Below are positions 36,323-46,551 of a DNA stretch of 64,000 nucleotides, one piece after another. Below the pieces are notes generated by a model. That model saw only the letters and a list, made by a program, of their open reading frames with translations. It searched no databases and was not told the origin of the DNA. Every line of letters begins with the position of its first letter. The stretch's first letter is position 1. The translations under genes were made by a program, and so were the position numbers. Origin of the DNA: Limisphaerales bacterium (GTDB lineage: Bacteria > Verrucomicrobiota > Verrucomicrobiia > Limisphaerales > AAA164-E04); NCBI GenBank assembly GCA_965227305.1, contig OZ245740.1, positions 1,747,371 to 1,811,370 of the forward strand, given 5' to 3'.

Positions 36323-39300
36323 GTGCTGGGGCAACTTCACGTCATGACGGAGGGCGGTTTGGATTCTCAACGGGACTCAGACGCGTCCTGGCGTCGACAG
36401 GTGTTGGATTTTGGTCGCGGACGAACTAGATCGGTCGATGGCGATTTGCCGTCTTTGTTCGAAGCGCAGGTGGAAAAAACACCCGATTCGGTAGCCCTCG
36501 TTACGGAGTCTGGCCCGGTTTCTTGGCGCACCTTGAACGAGCGCGCCAATCAGATCGCCCATGCCTTAGTCGCACGAGGGGTCGGTTCGGGGATGCTCGT
36601 TACGGTGGTATTAGAGCGTTCGGTCGATTGGGTGGCTGCTTTACTGGGCGTTATCAAAACTGGGGCGCCTTACCTGCCGATCGATCCCGCGAACCCGGTG
36701 GCAGATTTTGCGGCCATTGTGACGGAATCGGCGTCGGCTTTGGTTCTGACGCGGGCAGCCTACGAGCAGGAGTTCCCCGGAAGCGTAGACTGCCTGGTCT
36801 TGGATTCGCCCACAGTCCTGGCTGGGTTCGAGAGATTGCCACCCACCAACCTAACGGATCGGGAACGCCTTTCTGCGCTGGACCCGGATCATCCCGTGTC
36901 TGTGATCTTCACCTCCGGCTCCACTGGCGTGCCAAAAGGGGTTGAGGGGACGGTACGCAGTCTACTGAATCGCTTGGAATGGGGCTGGCGGGAGTTTGCC
37001 TTCACTAAAGGTGAGTATGGCTGCCTGAAGACGTCGCCGGGTTTCGTAGATCACTTGGCTGAACTGTGGGGTCCTTTGTTGCGGGGAGTCCCGCTGGTGA
37101 TTGTGCCGGATCAGGCCGTGAATGACTTGCGAGCGTTCGTCGAGCTGATCGCGCGCTATCCGATCCGTCGTATCCTTTTGGTCCCCTCGCAACTCCGTGG
37201 AATCCTTCGTTTGGAGGCGTCGGTGTTGAAAAAACTCGCTGAGGTGAAACACGTGTTCTGTAGTGGGGAAACGTTGTCGGTGGGGTTGACGCGCGCTTTC
37301 TTCGAGCTATTGCCTCATGCCACTCTATACAATGTCTATGGGGCGACAGAAGTGACTGCGGACTGCACTTGGCATCCCGTTTCGCAGCACGATGTCTTAA
37401 CGTATTTTCAGCCCCCGGCCGAAACCTCACCGGCCGGACATGAACTAGTTTCTTGGTACGAGGTTCCGCCCAGGGCAGAGATCACCGCGTCCCACACGGC
37501 TCTCACGGATTTGAATGAGCATTTTGGCAAGTCGGAAGTCCCCTTGGAGCCACTGTCGTTAAAGGCCTACAAACAACATTTGGCAAAGGATGTGATTCCT
37601 TACTCGGTGGATACCAACTCCGCCAAGTTTATGGGGCACATGACGTCTGCCTTGCCGAGCTTTATGCACGATTTCAACCAACTGATCACTCGGTTGAATC
37701 AGAATCTGGTCAAGGTGGAGACCTCAAAGTCACTCACCTTGCTGGAACGGGAAACTTTGGCCATGCTGCATGGAACCTTTTATCAGCGAGGGGACGCCTT
37801 CTATGACCAAGCCAGGAAGGATCCCGATACGGCACTCGGATTGTTTGTGTCCGGCGGCTCCTTGGCGAACTTGACCGCGTTGTGGTGTGCTCGAAATCGG
37901 GCGCTTCCGGCCAAGGAAGGCTTTGCCGGTGTGGCAGAGGAGGGCATGTTGGCGGCGCTCAAGCATCACGGGGCTGACAGTGCCGTCATCCTGGGCACGC
38001 GGTTGCTGCATTATTCCGTGCAAAAGTCGGCGAGCCTTCTGGGGCTCGGGAAGCAACAGGTCATAGCAGTCGGTCAAACACCAAACGGGGCGATGGATAT
38101 CGAAGACCTGAAGCGGCGTTTGCAGTACTGTGAAGACCACAATCTCTGCGTCTTGGCCGTGATCGGGATCGCTGGTGCGACCGAGACCGGGGCCATTGAT
38201 CCGTTGCCGGAGATTGCCGCGATAGCGAAAGCGAAGGGGATCCACTTTCATGTGGATGCTGCTTGGGGGGCGCCACTGTTTTTCTCGCAACGTTACCGAC
38301 ACCTGCTGAAAGGGATCGAACAGGCGGATTCGATTACTATGTGCGGTCACAAGCAGTTTTATCTGCCAATCGGCGTGAGTCTTTGCCTCTTTCGTGATGC
38401 TACCGTGCTCCACGCGATAGCGACTTCGGCTCGATACCAGGCTCGGGAAACCACATTTGACTCCGGGCGTTGGAGCCCCGAGGGAACCCGGCCCGCCACC
38501 TCGTTGTATTTCAATGCGGCGCTGAATCTCTTTGGGCGTCGGGGCTATGGCCAGCTCGTGGAACACGGGATGCGCAATGCCGAATACTTGGAGAAGCGCA
38601 TTCAGGAAGCGGAGGAGTTCGAACTGCTGGGAACTCGCCGTATCAATATACTGAACTTTCGCTACGTTCCGGTCGAGTTTCGAGGCCGGTCGAAGGCTGG
38701 AGACTTGACGGTTGAGGAAAATGCTCGGATTGACGAATTCAATATTCAGTTGCAAGAGCAGCAGTTTTTGGAAGGGCGCGGGTTTATTTCCCGGACCCGC
38801 GTCGGTTACCCAGACGCGTCGAGCGCCGTGGAAGTGGAATCCTTGCGGGCCGTCATGGCGAATCCGTTGACCAACCCGACAACGATCGATCAGGTGCTGA
38901 GGGATCAGTTGCGAATCGCTCAGCGTGAGTTTGAGAGCGAACGTGGGGAGGCCTGCGATTTGATGGCCGTTGAGACCGTTGTCTCTGCTGGTGACGAGGA
39001 GAATGAAGGGACAGGGCTCGATGAAGGAATCCCGATCGGAACGCCGCTCCCAAATTGCCAGATCTATGTCCTAGATGCTGAACAGGACCTGGTGCCGCCG
39101 GGAGAAATCGGCGAACTCTACGTAGCAGGTTTGGGATTGGCGCGGGGATATTGGAAGCAAGCGAATCGAACGGTTGAGAGTTTTGTTCCCGACCCATTTG
39201 TGACTGAGCCTGGGGCTCGGATGTATCGAACGGGAGATATGGGGCGATGGCGTCGTGATGGCGTGCTTGAGTTTCTGGGACGCGCGGATGACGAGGTGAA

Positions 39301-39589
39301 GATTGCTGGGTTTCGAGTGGAATTGGGTGAGGTGGAAACGGCCGTTGCCAAGCTTCCGGGTGTAGCACAAGCAGTCGTCATTGCGAAAAAAAGGACGGAT
39401 GGGGATGTCGCAATCCTTGCCTACGTAATCGCGACGCAGGAGCAGGATGGGATGGTTGAAGCCTGTCGGGCGCAGCTTGAGGCTACCCTCCCGTATTACA
39501 TGGTGCCGGAGCGTATTCGTGTGGTGGATCACTTTCCCGTAACGCTCAGCGGTAAGGTAGACCGGCGTGCGCTGTTGACGATGGTCTGA
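36323..39589 (+). CDS. Stand-alone adenylation (AMP-binding, NRPS A-type) domain interrupted by a PLP-dependent group II decarboxylase domain
   Basis: 1088-aa ORF with a GTG start (the first in-frame ATG is at 36344). A-domain motifs A1-A5 occupy the first ~350 aa (LGVIKTGAPYLPIDP, VIFTSGSTGVPKGV, GFVDHLAEL, NVYGATE). Decarboxylase hallmarks lie in the middle (GGSLANLTALW, HVDAAWGAP, MCGHKQF). A6-A10 are at the end (GELYVAGLGLARGYW, YRTGD, GRADDEVKIAGFRVELGEVE, LPYYMVP, LSGKVDRRAL). Confidence 0.8.
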   Translation: MLGQLHVMTEGGLDSQRDSDASWRRQVLDFGRGRTRSVDGDLPSLFEAQVEKTPDSVALVTESGPVSWRTLNERANQIAHALVARGVGSGMLVTVVLERSVDWVAALLGVIKTGAPYLPIDPANPVADFAAIVTESASALVLTRAAYEQEFPGSVDCLVLDSPTVLAGFERLPPTNLTDRERLSALDPDHPVSVIFTSGSTGVPKGVEGTVRSLLNRLEWGWREFAFTKGEYGCLKTSPGFVDHLAELWGPLLRGVPLVIVPDQAVNDLRAFVELIARYPIRRILLVPSQLRGILRLEASVLKKLAEVKHVFCSGETLSVGLTRAFFELLPHATLYNVYGATEVTADCTWHPVSQHDVLTYFQPPAETSPAGHELVSWYEVPPRAEITASHTALTDLNEHFGKSEVPLEPLSLKAYKQHLAKDVIPYSVDTNSAKFMGHMTSALPSFMHDFNQLITRLNQNLVKVETSKSLTLLERETLAMLHGTFYQRGDAFYDQARKDPDTALGLFVSGGSLANLTALWCARNRALPAKEGFAGVAEEGMLAALKHHGADSAVILGTRLLHYSVQKSASLLGLGKQQVIAVGQTPNGAMDIEDLKRRLQYCEDHNLCVLAVIGIAGATETGAIDPLPEIAAIAKAKGIHFHVDAAWGAPLFFSQRYRHLLKGIEQADSITMCGHKQFYLPIGVSLCLFRDATVLHAIATSARYQARETTFDSGRWSPEGTRPATSLYFNAALNLFGRRGYGQLVEHGMRNAEYLEKRIQEAEEFELLGTRRINILNFRYVPVEFRGRSKAGDLTVEENARIDEFNIQLQEQQFLEGRGFISRTRVGYPDASSAVEVESLRAVMANPLTNPTTIDQVLRDQLRIAQREFESERGEACDLMAVETVVSAGDEENEGTGLDEGIPIGTPLPNCQIYVLDAEQDLVPPGEIGELYVAGLGLARGYWKQANRTVESFVPDPFVTEPGARMYRTGDMGRWRRDGVLEFLGRADDEVKIAGFRVELGEVETAVAKLPGVAQAVVIAKKRTDGDVAILAYVIATQEQDGMVEACRAQLEATLPYYMVPERIRVVDHFPVTLSGKVDRRALLTMV

Positions 39590-39620
39590 GGTTCGTCGCA
39601 TTCCAAACCGGTCTAAGGTT

Positions 39621-39666
39621 GCGCTCCTTGGATGCAAGGTTCGCGAAACTTTTTGTCGTGTTTTTA
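39621..39666 (+). terminator. Candidate intrinsic terminator downstream of the A-domain/decarboxylase gene
   Basis: Imperfect hairpin gcgctCCTTG-gatg-CAAGGttcgcg (5 bp plus 3 bp with a 2-nt mismatch), followed by aaacTTTTTgtcgtgTTTTTa. It lies 32 nt after the stop codon. Confidence 0.35.
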
Positions 39667-39879
39667 TTGAGAACCGGGGCATGAATGCCGCGAGGGGTGG
39701 CAGCCTAAATAATTCTCGGAGTCGCATGGTTTGGATCTCGACAATCCTGGAATGATTCGCCTTTAATTTGCTCCGGTTCGAAGACGCAGAATTGTGAGGG
39801 GTCAATGGCGGTGATCGATGTGAAGCGGTAGCTTTCGACACGCTCAGGGGACGCCGCGAGTGGCACTAGGGTCTAATAG

Positions 39880-42800
39880 GTGAAGCACCGGATATTGGCA
39901 TCAATGGATTTTGGCTGGGGACGTCATCTTCCCTTTGCGGCCCCGTTGCTCGTGAAACGATGCTTGGCATCATGGAGTTCCCTTGCGTTACTGGCCTTTC
40001 TTCTGAGTCCCAGCATCATTCTTGCACAGCCGGTTAATGTTCCTGCCTTTCTGAGTGACCTGGATGGAGACGCGCGGACTACCGTTCGCGACTTCGTGAT
40101 TCTTCAGAACCACCTCAGCGGAGACACTATTTTGCAGGAAGATCGGGTGTTCGCAGCCGATCTCAACCAAGATGGTGTGATTGATGGCCTTGATGCCGAT
40201 ATCTTACTCGATATTGTTATGGGTCGCCTACGCCCGCCGGCGACTCCGTTGGCCCGAGTGTTGACGACCTCACCGAAGGGCGGCGAGGACGGGGTCGCTT
40301 TAAGCAGGGAGACCATCGTAAGGCTGAGTTTGCCGCTGGCGGAAGATCTAGTCCTGCCGGACAATGCGATTCGTGCGGAGTTCGCCGGACAGGTGGTGCC
40401 AGGGCAACCCCATCTTAGTGCGGATCGACAAACGGTTACCCTGTTTTATCCAAGCGGTTTGCCGGCGTCGGCCCGTGTCCGGGTGACAATCGATGGCGGC
40501 TTGATGCGGGATTTACGAGGCTCACTCGTGGATGCTGATGGAGATGGCGTTCCCGGTGGAGAGCTGAGTGTCGATTTCGACACACTTACCGTCACCAGTC
40601 TTCCGGATACTTCGGTTTGCGGGCGCATTTTTGCTTCGGACCTGGCTGTTAGCGAGAACGGGAGCCGGTTCGTGAATCGTCCCTTAGCCGGTGTCACGAT
40701 TCGAGTCGATGGGACGGACCGGCTCGTGGTGACGGACGAAAATGGCAATTTCCGGTTGGAAGAGGCCCCGGCTGGAGAATTTTTCGTGCATATCGATGGC
40801 CGGACCGTCCCGGACGTCGTCCCTGCGGGCGCCTATTACCCCAATGTTGGCAAAGCTTGGGTATCTGTGCCCGGCATCGAAACCAACATCGGCGAGATTT
40901 ATCTGCCCCTGATTCCTGCGGATGCTTTGCGGGAGGCTTCGACGGAGTCGGACACGGTATTGGAATTCACGCCCGAGTTTGTGGTTCAGAATCCGAAATT
41001 CAACGGGGTCCAAGTCGTTGTGCCGCCGAATTCCTTGTTTCGTGATGATGGGACTCGCGGCGGGCGAGTGGGGATCGCACCCGTTCAGCCCGATCGGCTT
41101 CCCGGGGAGGTCGCAAGTGATCTTCCCATCCAAGATGTCGTGACCATTCAGACCGACGGGGCTACGAATTTTGATATTCCCGCACCGGTTTGCCTGCCCA
41201 ATCTGGAAGATCCGCTCACAGGCCGACGCTTGGGACCGGGAGAGCCAGCCGCGCTTTGGAGCTTTAACCATGACTTGGGACGTTTTGAGATCGTGGGATC
41301 CATGACCGTCAACGAAGACGGGAGCCTGATTTGCACGGATCCGGGGGTTGGCGTATTGGCGCCGGGCTGGCATGGCAGTAGCACGGGAACTCAGGGAGAG
41401 GGGGGAACCTTGCGTCATGTCATTCTCGATCGGAGCAAACAAGAGAAACCCGGGAAAAATGACCCTTCCGCTGATCCGGACAATAAGGTGACGATTCCCT
41501 GCCCGGACAATCCAAACCGGTATGTGAACCTTTACAAAAATCGCCGCCGTCCCCAGTCCAATCCCGAGGCTAAAGGCGGGGATCCGGTGTACCTGCACTC
41601 CGGAGAGTTTTATGAGAATATGGTGGATTTGCGGATTGCAGGGCGCGGTATGGACTTCATCTGGAGTCGCAAATATCGATCGGTAACGGGACGGCCAACC
41701 GTTCAGGGCAACAATTGGGACTATTCTTACAACATTTTCATTCGTGCCGAGGGGAATGATTTTCTCTTGTGTGACGGGAACTCCAGAGCGGATATCTACA
41801 CGTTGCAGGATTCCGGCGTTTGGACAGCTCCGGGCTTTTTCCGAACTCTCGAAGCGAATCGGGACGGGACTTATACCTTGCGATTTGAACACGGCGGGCG
41901 GTGGGTGTTTCACCCCGTGGACGGGCGCCCGGAGTCCGGCCGGATTCTCATCAGCGAGGAGCGGAACGGGAATCAATTGCGGTTCCGATATGACTCCCAA
42001 GGACGGCTCTCCGGAATCGTGGACTCGCTGGATCGTTTGATTGAAGTGTTCTACAACGGGGACGGATTCATTCGCGAGGTGCGTGACTTTGCGGGACGAT
42101 CGATTCGTTATGAGTATTTCGGTCGAAACGATCCAGACGGCAATTTTGGCGATCTTCGATCCGTGACCTTGCCGAGCGTCACGGGAACGCCCAACGGGAA
42201 CGATTTCCCAGACGGTAAAACAACGACCTTCACCTACTCAACCGGACACTCAGATGCCCGATTGAATGGGAACCTCCTCACGATCACCGACGGGAGGCGC
42301 AACGATCCGAATGACCCCGCCTTTGAGCAAGGTCCGTATCTGCGCAATGAATACGCGCCGACAATCGACCCGGAAGATGTCAACTTCGATCGGATCATTC
42401 GACAGGTTTGGGGCGATCCGGATGATATTCTCGACTATCACTACACGGCGCTATTGCCGTCGAACGCCAATCGCAGGGCGGTTAACAAGACCATCGTGAA
42501 CGATCGTCGCGGATTGGTGATGGAATACCTCTATGATGAGGCGAATCGGCTCGTTAGTTATCGAGAATTCACCGGGTTTGCCGTTCCGGATCAAGTCACA
42601 ACGGAAACCGACAATCGGCCTACTGGAAAACTCAGAGCCACCGATCCCGACTTTTTTGAAACCGTACACGAGTGGAACGCGGATCACTTACTAGTGCGAA
42701 CGATTCAGCCGAACGGTACGATCATCGAAAAAGTCTATGAAGGGGATATCAACCCCAATGCTGGCCCGCGAACCCGGTCCAATCTGGTTGCAACGCGCTT

Positions 42801-45800
42801 GCTTCCCGGGAGCCATCGACCGGCAGGGGATCAAGTGGTCATCGAGGAATTCTACGAATATGACACCGCGTTCGCGGGCTGCTGTGGTTTCAATTTCGTC
42901 ACGAAGTATACCGATGCTCGGGGGAATACTACCACGCACGACTACGATGAACGAGGTAACCGGATCCAGACTATCCATCGGGTGCCTTCCATCATTCATC
43001 GGTATGAGTATAACGAGTTTGGTCAGCTCTCCGCCGAGGTCTATCCGGACAACGACGGCGTTCGCCGGCGAGACGAGTGGGCCTACTATGAGGAAGGTCC
43101 TCAACGCGGATACCTGCGTCAGATAACTCGGGACGTGGATGGTTTCGCGCTGACCACGGTCATGGACTACGATCGCGTGGGCAATCCCGTCGCGACAACG
43201 GACGCCAAAGGCAATACCCAAGAGTTCGTGTTTAACCAACTGGATCAAATGGTGCGTGAGATCTCACGGCCGGTATCAGCGACCCTAAACGTCCGCTATG
43301 TTCAGGATTACTTTTACGATGCGAACAACAACTTGATTCGAGTGGATGCGCCCAATGTCGACCACCTTGGGGATGTCGGTAGCAATGCTTCATACACCAC
43401 GACCTATGAATACGAGATCTTGAACAATCTCATTCGAACGGCGCAGGAGATACGCGAGGGTGAGTTCCGAGTAACCGAGACTGTATACGACGCGAATCGG
43501 AATCGAATCTTGATGCGGTACGGCGAGGCGACCAACGGCAACCAAACCGACAATACGACGAGCTGGGATTTCGATGAGCGTGACTTGGTGATCCGTCTGA
43601 TTCAAGGGAAGGGAGGAGCGGATCAATCGAGCTTTGAGTTCGACTACGATCCGAACGAAAACCTGATTGTGGAGCGGTATGGAATCGAGGACGCCAAGCC
43701 TCAAATCACGTCTCGAATTTTTGATGGCTACGATCGGCCCGTGGATGTCACGGATCCGATGGGGAATCGAACCACCTACGAATACGACGCGAATCACAAT
43801 CTCGTGCGACACGTGAAGTATGGGGAACTGAATGATCAGCCGGGTAGTGCCGGCAATGTGAAACTGTTTGCGGAAAATGCGAGCTATGATCCGTTAAACC
43901 GTCTGACCCGGACGGATACCGAATTCTTTGAAGTTGGGACCGGACGGCCATTGGGCGACGGACTTTCGACCATGCAGTATCGGTATAACAACAGTAGTCT
44001 GTTGGTGGCGACGATCGACGATAATGGGAACCGCACGGTACGAGACTATGATTCGTACTACCGACCTCGCCGGGTCGTCGACGCACTTGGTAACGAGGTG
44101 ATCTATGACTATGATCAACTGTCAAATGTTGTCCGGGTGACAGAGAGAGACCTGCCCGACTCCGGAGGTGAGGCAGAGGTTTATGTGGAACGATTCGATT
44201 TCGATCATCTGAACCGTGTGATTCGGTCCATCGATTCAATTGGTAATACTTCGGAGCTCGGCTACGACTCCCGGAATAACTTGACCTACAGGAGCGATGC
44301 GAACCGCGTTACCCCGAACCAACCAGGGAATATCGTTCGCAATGAGTTTGATGGTCTCCGGCGCCATATAGCCACGGTGTATGAACTAACAGCCGATGGC
44401 CAAGGCGGCACGCCCACTGGGACCATCCGGACCGAAACCGTATTTGATCACTCAGATAGAGCCGTCGGCCGCATTGACGGAAATGGCAATCAAACGACCT
44501 ATACCTTTGATGGGCTTAATCGAATGACGGGAACGAGGTTTGCGGATGGGACGACAGAAGAGCGGACCTACAACGCGCATTCGAATCCGATCATGTGGGT
44601 CGATGCGAATGGCACTACGATCGCGACTGAGTATGACGAGCTGAATCGCAAACGACGATGCGAAATCACACCCGGTGCTGGGGTGTCGAGCGATACGACG
44701 TTTGAAGTTTTCGATTTTGACGGATTTAGCCGACTGCGTCGGTTTGCGGATGATGATTCTTTGGTTGAGAGAGAATACACGTCTATGTCAGAGATTCTTC
44801 GAGAATCGTTAAATGATGTCGTTACCTCGGCCGAATATGACGGTATGGGGAATATGCTACGGTGTGTGTACCCGTCGGGCTTTGAAACGCTCATGTCCTA
44901 TGACGGGATCAATCGCCTGACTCGTATAGATGACCGTCTTGGATTGATCGCCGATCCGAGCTACGTGGGGCGCCATCGTACGAAGCAGTGCGTGCTGGGG
45001 AACGACACCGTCACCTCTCATGAGTATGATAGGGATCGGCGTCGAATCGGTATCGAGCACCGAATGCCGGGAAGCGGGGTGTTTGACCAACGACGCTTCG
45101 CTTGGGATAGCATGGACAATAAAATCCTGCACCGTGACGAATTGTCGGGAGAGAGCCTCGAGTTTGCCTACGATTCTGTCTACCGATTGACGTCAAGTGG
45201 GCTTAGTGATACGCGGCAGGCCTATCACTATGATTCTGTTGGGAATCGCACGCGAGTTGATGGCGGGGCGTTTTCCGGAAGGTATGAACTGGATGCGGCA
45301 GTTGACGGTCCGGCAGATCGGCAAGTAAATCAGTACACCGTCACTCCGTCTGGGATTCGCCGCTACGATGCCAAGGGCAATTTACTGACAGTGGGCGATG
45401 CGCAAGAATCTTTCACTTACGACTATCGCAATCAGTTGGTTGCCTTTGCGAATCCAAGCCTGGGGCAAAAGAGCACCTATCGATACGATGCTTTAGGGCG
45501 CCGGATTGAGCGCAGTTTTGGCTCAGGACAGACGGTTAAGTACTACTATCAAGGGTCCCGAGTCCTTGAGGAGCGTGATGCGGCCGGTCGCATGAATCGT
45601 CAGTATGTGTATGGCCGTTACATTGACGAGGTGGTTAACATGCGGACGGATCAGGAGAGTTTCTACTATCATAGCGACGACACCTTCAACGTTCGTAAAA
45701 TAACGGATAGTAGTGGGGCCGTGGTTGAAAGCTATGACTATGATGATTTCGGCATGCCTGTTGTTGCCAATGGTGAGGGACTATCGGTAGGTGAATCTCA

Positions 45801-46551
45801 AATTGGGAATACCTTGTTGTTTAATGGGCGGCGATTTGATGTTGAGACGGGGTTCTATTTTTACCGATCTCGCTACCTTGACCCACGGGTCGGCCGGTTC
45901 ACAAGTCGAGACTATATCGGCACATGGGGAGATCTTGGTAACATGGGGAACGCGTTTTCCTTCGTAGCGAATAATCCGAGGACCTTGCTGGATCCAACCG
46001 GAATGGAGCCACTCGACGGCGAACGGCGGCCGTGGGATAAAGATACGCCTACGGGAACGCAGGGGCACTTTCATTGGCGGCCGTTGCATGGTGAGGTAGA
46101 GAATGGGTGGGTAGAGTGGACCACGCGGAGTGCAGGTTGGTGGTTCAGCGGCTTACCTGAGGAGGTTAAGATGAATTGGATTTACGCCCATGAACACTAC
46201 TTTGAGGGCACCTACGATGAATCGAAGCCGAGGGATGGCCACATTGGTTTTGGCGGGGAAGACCCCGAGTATCTATCGGAATACAACGAGCAGAGTCCGG
46301 GCTCATATTCGGATGATGTCATGCGGGCGGCGCGGGACATGATTGATAAGGACTTTACCGACGGGAGCTATGGGATTCCCTTCCATAATTGCCAGCTTTA
46401 TGCTGACGAATTGCGAAGGTGGTATGACTTGTTCTTGAAGGCTGTTTGTGAAGAATCGTCCACGAGCTTATCGAAGAAAGACAGGTGGTTTATCCGAGAG
46501 CTTTGGGTGAGTCGGTTTGGTGACGTCGACATCGTTAGTGAAAAGGAGTAG
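39880..46551 (+). CDS. RHS/YD-repeat polymorphic toxin with Sec signal, N-terminal dockerin-like module, Ig/carboxypeptidase-regulatory-like domains, RHS core and a divergent 181-aa C-terminal domain
   Basis: 2223-aa ORF with a GTG start. Hydrophobic leader [18 protein letters not shown]. Dockerin-like paired Ca loops ([20 protein letters not shown] / [20 protein letters not shown]). VCGRIF...[10 protein letters not shown]...TDENGNFRL (CarboxypepD_reg-like). Dozens of YD repeats (..YDANGN.., ..Y.YD..). RHS-associated core [33 protein letters not shown]...[31 protein letters not shown], ending in LLDPTGM. Confidence 0.9.
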   Translation: MKHRILASMDFGWGRHLPFAAPLLVKRCLASWSSLALLAFLLSPSIILAQPVNVPAFLSDLDGDARTTVRDFVILQNHLSGDTILQEDRVFAADLNQDGVIDGLDADILLDIVMGRLRPPATPLARVLTTSPKGGEDGVALSRETIVRLSLPLAEDLVLPDNAIRAEFAGQVVPGQPHLSADRQTVTLFYPSGLPASARVRVTIDGGLMRDLRGSLVDADGDGVPGGELSVDFDTLTVTSLPDTSVCGRIFASDLAVSENGSRFVNRPLAGVTIRVDGTDRLVVTDENGNFRLEEAPAGEFFVHIDGRTVPDVVPAGAYYPNVGKAWVSVPGIETNIGEIYLPLIPADALREASTESDTVLEFTPEFVVQNPKFNGVQVVVPPNSLFRDDGTRGGRVGIAPVQPDRLPGEVASDLPIQDVVTIQTDGATNFDIPAPVCLPNLEDPLTGRRLGPGEPAALWSFNHDLGRFEIVGSMTVNEDGSLICTDPGVGVLAPGWHGSSTGTQGEGGTLRHVILDRSKQEKPGKNDPSADPDNKVTIPCPDNPNRYVNLYKNRRRPQSNPEAKGGDPVYLHSGEFYENMVDLRIAGRGMDFIWSRKYRSVTGRPTVQGNNWDYSYNIFIRAEGNDFLLCDGNSRADIYTLQDSGVWTAPGFFRTLEANRDGTYTLRFEHGGRWVFHPVDGRPESGRILISEERNGNQLRFRYDSQGRLSGIVDSLDRLIEVFYNGDGFIREVRDFAGRSIRYEYFGRNDPDGNFGDLRSVTLPSVTGTPNGNDFPDGKTTTFTYSTGHSDARLNGNLLTITDGRRNDPNDPAFEQGPYLRNEYAPTIDPEDVNFDRIIRQVWGDPDDILDYHYTALLPSNANRRAVNKTIVNDRRGLVMEYLYDEANRLVSYREFTGFAVPDQVTTETDNRPTGKLRATDPDFFETVHEWNADHLLVRTIQPNGTIIEKVYEGDINPNAGPRTRSNLVATRLLPGSHRPAGDQVVIEEFYEYDTAFAGCCGFNFVTKYTDARGNTTTHDYDERGNRIQTIHRVPSIIHRYEYNEFGQLSAEVYPDNDGVRRRDEWAYYEEGPQRGYLRQITRDVDGFALTTVMDYDRVGNPVATTDAKGNTQEFVFNQLDQMVREISRPVSATLNVRYVQDYFYDANNNLIRVDAPNVDHLGDVGSNASYTTTYEYEILNNLIRTAQEIREGEFRVTETVYDANRNRILMRYGEATNGNQTDNTTSWDFDERDLVIRLIQGKGGADQSSFEFDYDPNENLIVERYGIEDAKPQITSRIFDGYDRPVDVTDPMGNRTTYEYDANHNLVRHVKYGELNDQPGSAGNVKLFAENASYDPLNRLTRTDTEFFEVGTGRPLGDGLSTMQYRYNNSSLLVATIDDNGNRTVRDYDSYYRPRRVVDALGNEVIYDYDQLSNVVRVTERDLPDSGGEAEVYVERFDFDHLNRVIRSIDSIGNTSELGYDSRNNLTYRSDANRVTPNQPGNIVRNEFDGLRRHIATVYELTADGQGGTPTGTIRTETVFDHSDRAVGRIDGNGNQTTYTFDGLNRMTGTRFADGTTEERTYNAHSNPIMWVDANGTTIATEYDELNRKRRCEITPGAGVSSDTTFEVFDFDGFSRLRRFADDDSLVEREYTSMSEILRESLNDVVTSAEYDGMGNMLRCVYPSGFETLMSYDGINRLTRIDDRLGLIADPSYVGRHRTKQCVLGNDTVTSHEYDRDRRRIGIEHRMPGSGVFDQRRFAWDSMDNKILHRDELSGESLEFAYDSVYRLTSSGLSDTRQAYHYDSVGNRTRVDGGAFSGRYELDAAVDGPADRQVNQYTVTPSGIRRYDAKGNLLTVGDAQESFTYDYRNQLVAFANPSLGQKSTYRYDALGRRIERSFGSGQTVKYYYQGSRVLEERDAAGRMNRQYVYGRYIDEVVNMRTDQESFYYHSDDTFNVRKITDSSGAVVESYDYDDFGMPVVANGEGLSVGESQIGNTLLFNGRRFDVETGFYFYRSRYLDPRVGRFTSRDYIGTWGDLGNMGNAFSFVANNPRTLLDPTGMEPLDGERRPWDKDTPTGTQGHFHWRPLHGEVENGWVEWTTRSAGWWFSGLPEEVKMNWIYAHEHYFEGTYDESKPRDGHIGFGGEDPEYLSEYNEQSPGSYSDDVMRAARDMIDKDFTDGSYGIPFHNCQLYADELRRWYDLFLKAVCEESSTSLSKKDRWFIRELWVSRFGDVDIVSEKE

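Noticed and set aside
37730-38755. 341-aa minus-strand ORF inside the A-domain/decarboxylase gene
   Set aside because: It is an antisense shadow. The plus-strand frame carries continuous decarboxylase motifs across this interval, so there is no evidence that the fusion is really two genes separated by an opposite-strand gene.
39071-39841. 256-aa minus-strand ORF bridging the A-domain gene 3' end and the spacer upstream of the RHS gene
   Set aside because: It mostly overlaps the A6-A10 coding region antisense. The remainder is the promoter/terminator spacer. It has no motif.
40684-42000. 438-aa minus-strand ORF, plus other 100-190-aa minus-strand ORFs between 42 and 46 kb
   Set aside because: They are antisense shadows of the RHS gene, whose YD repeats are continuous in the plus frame.
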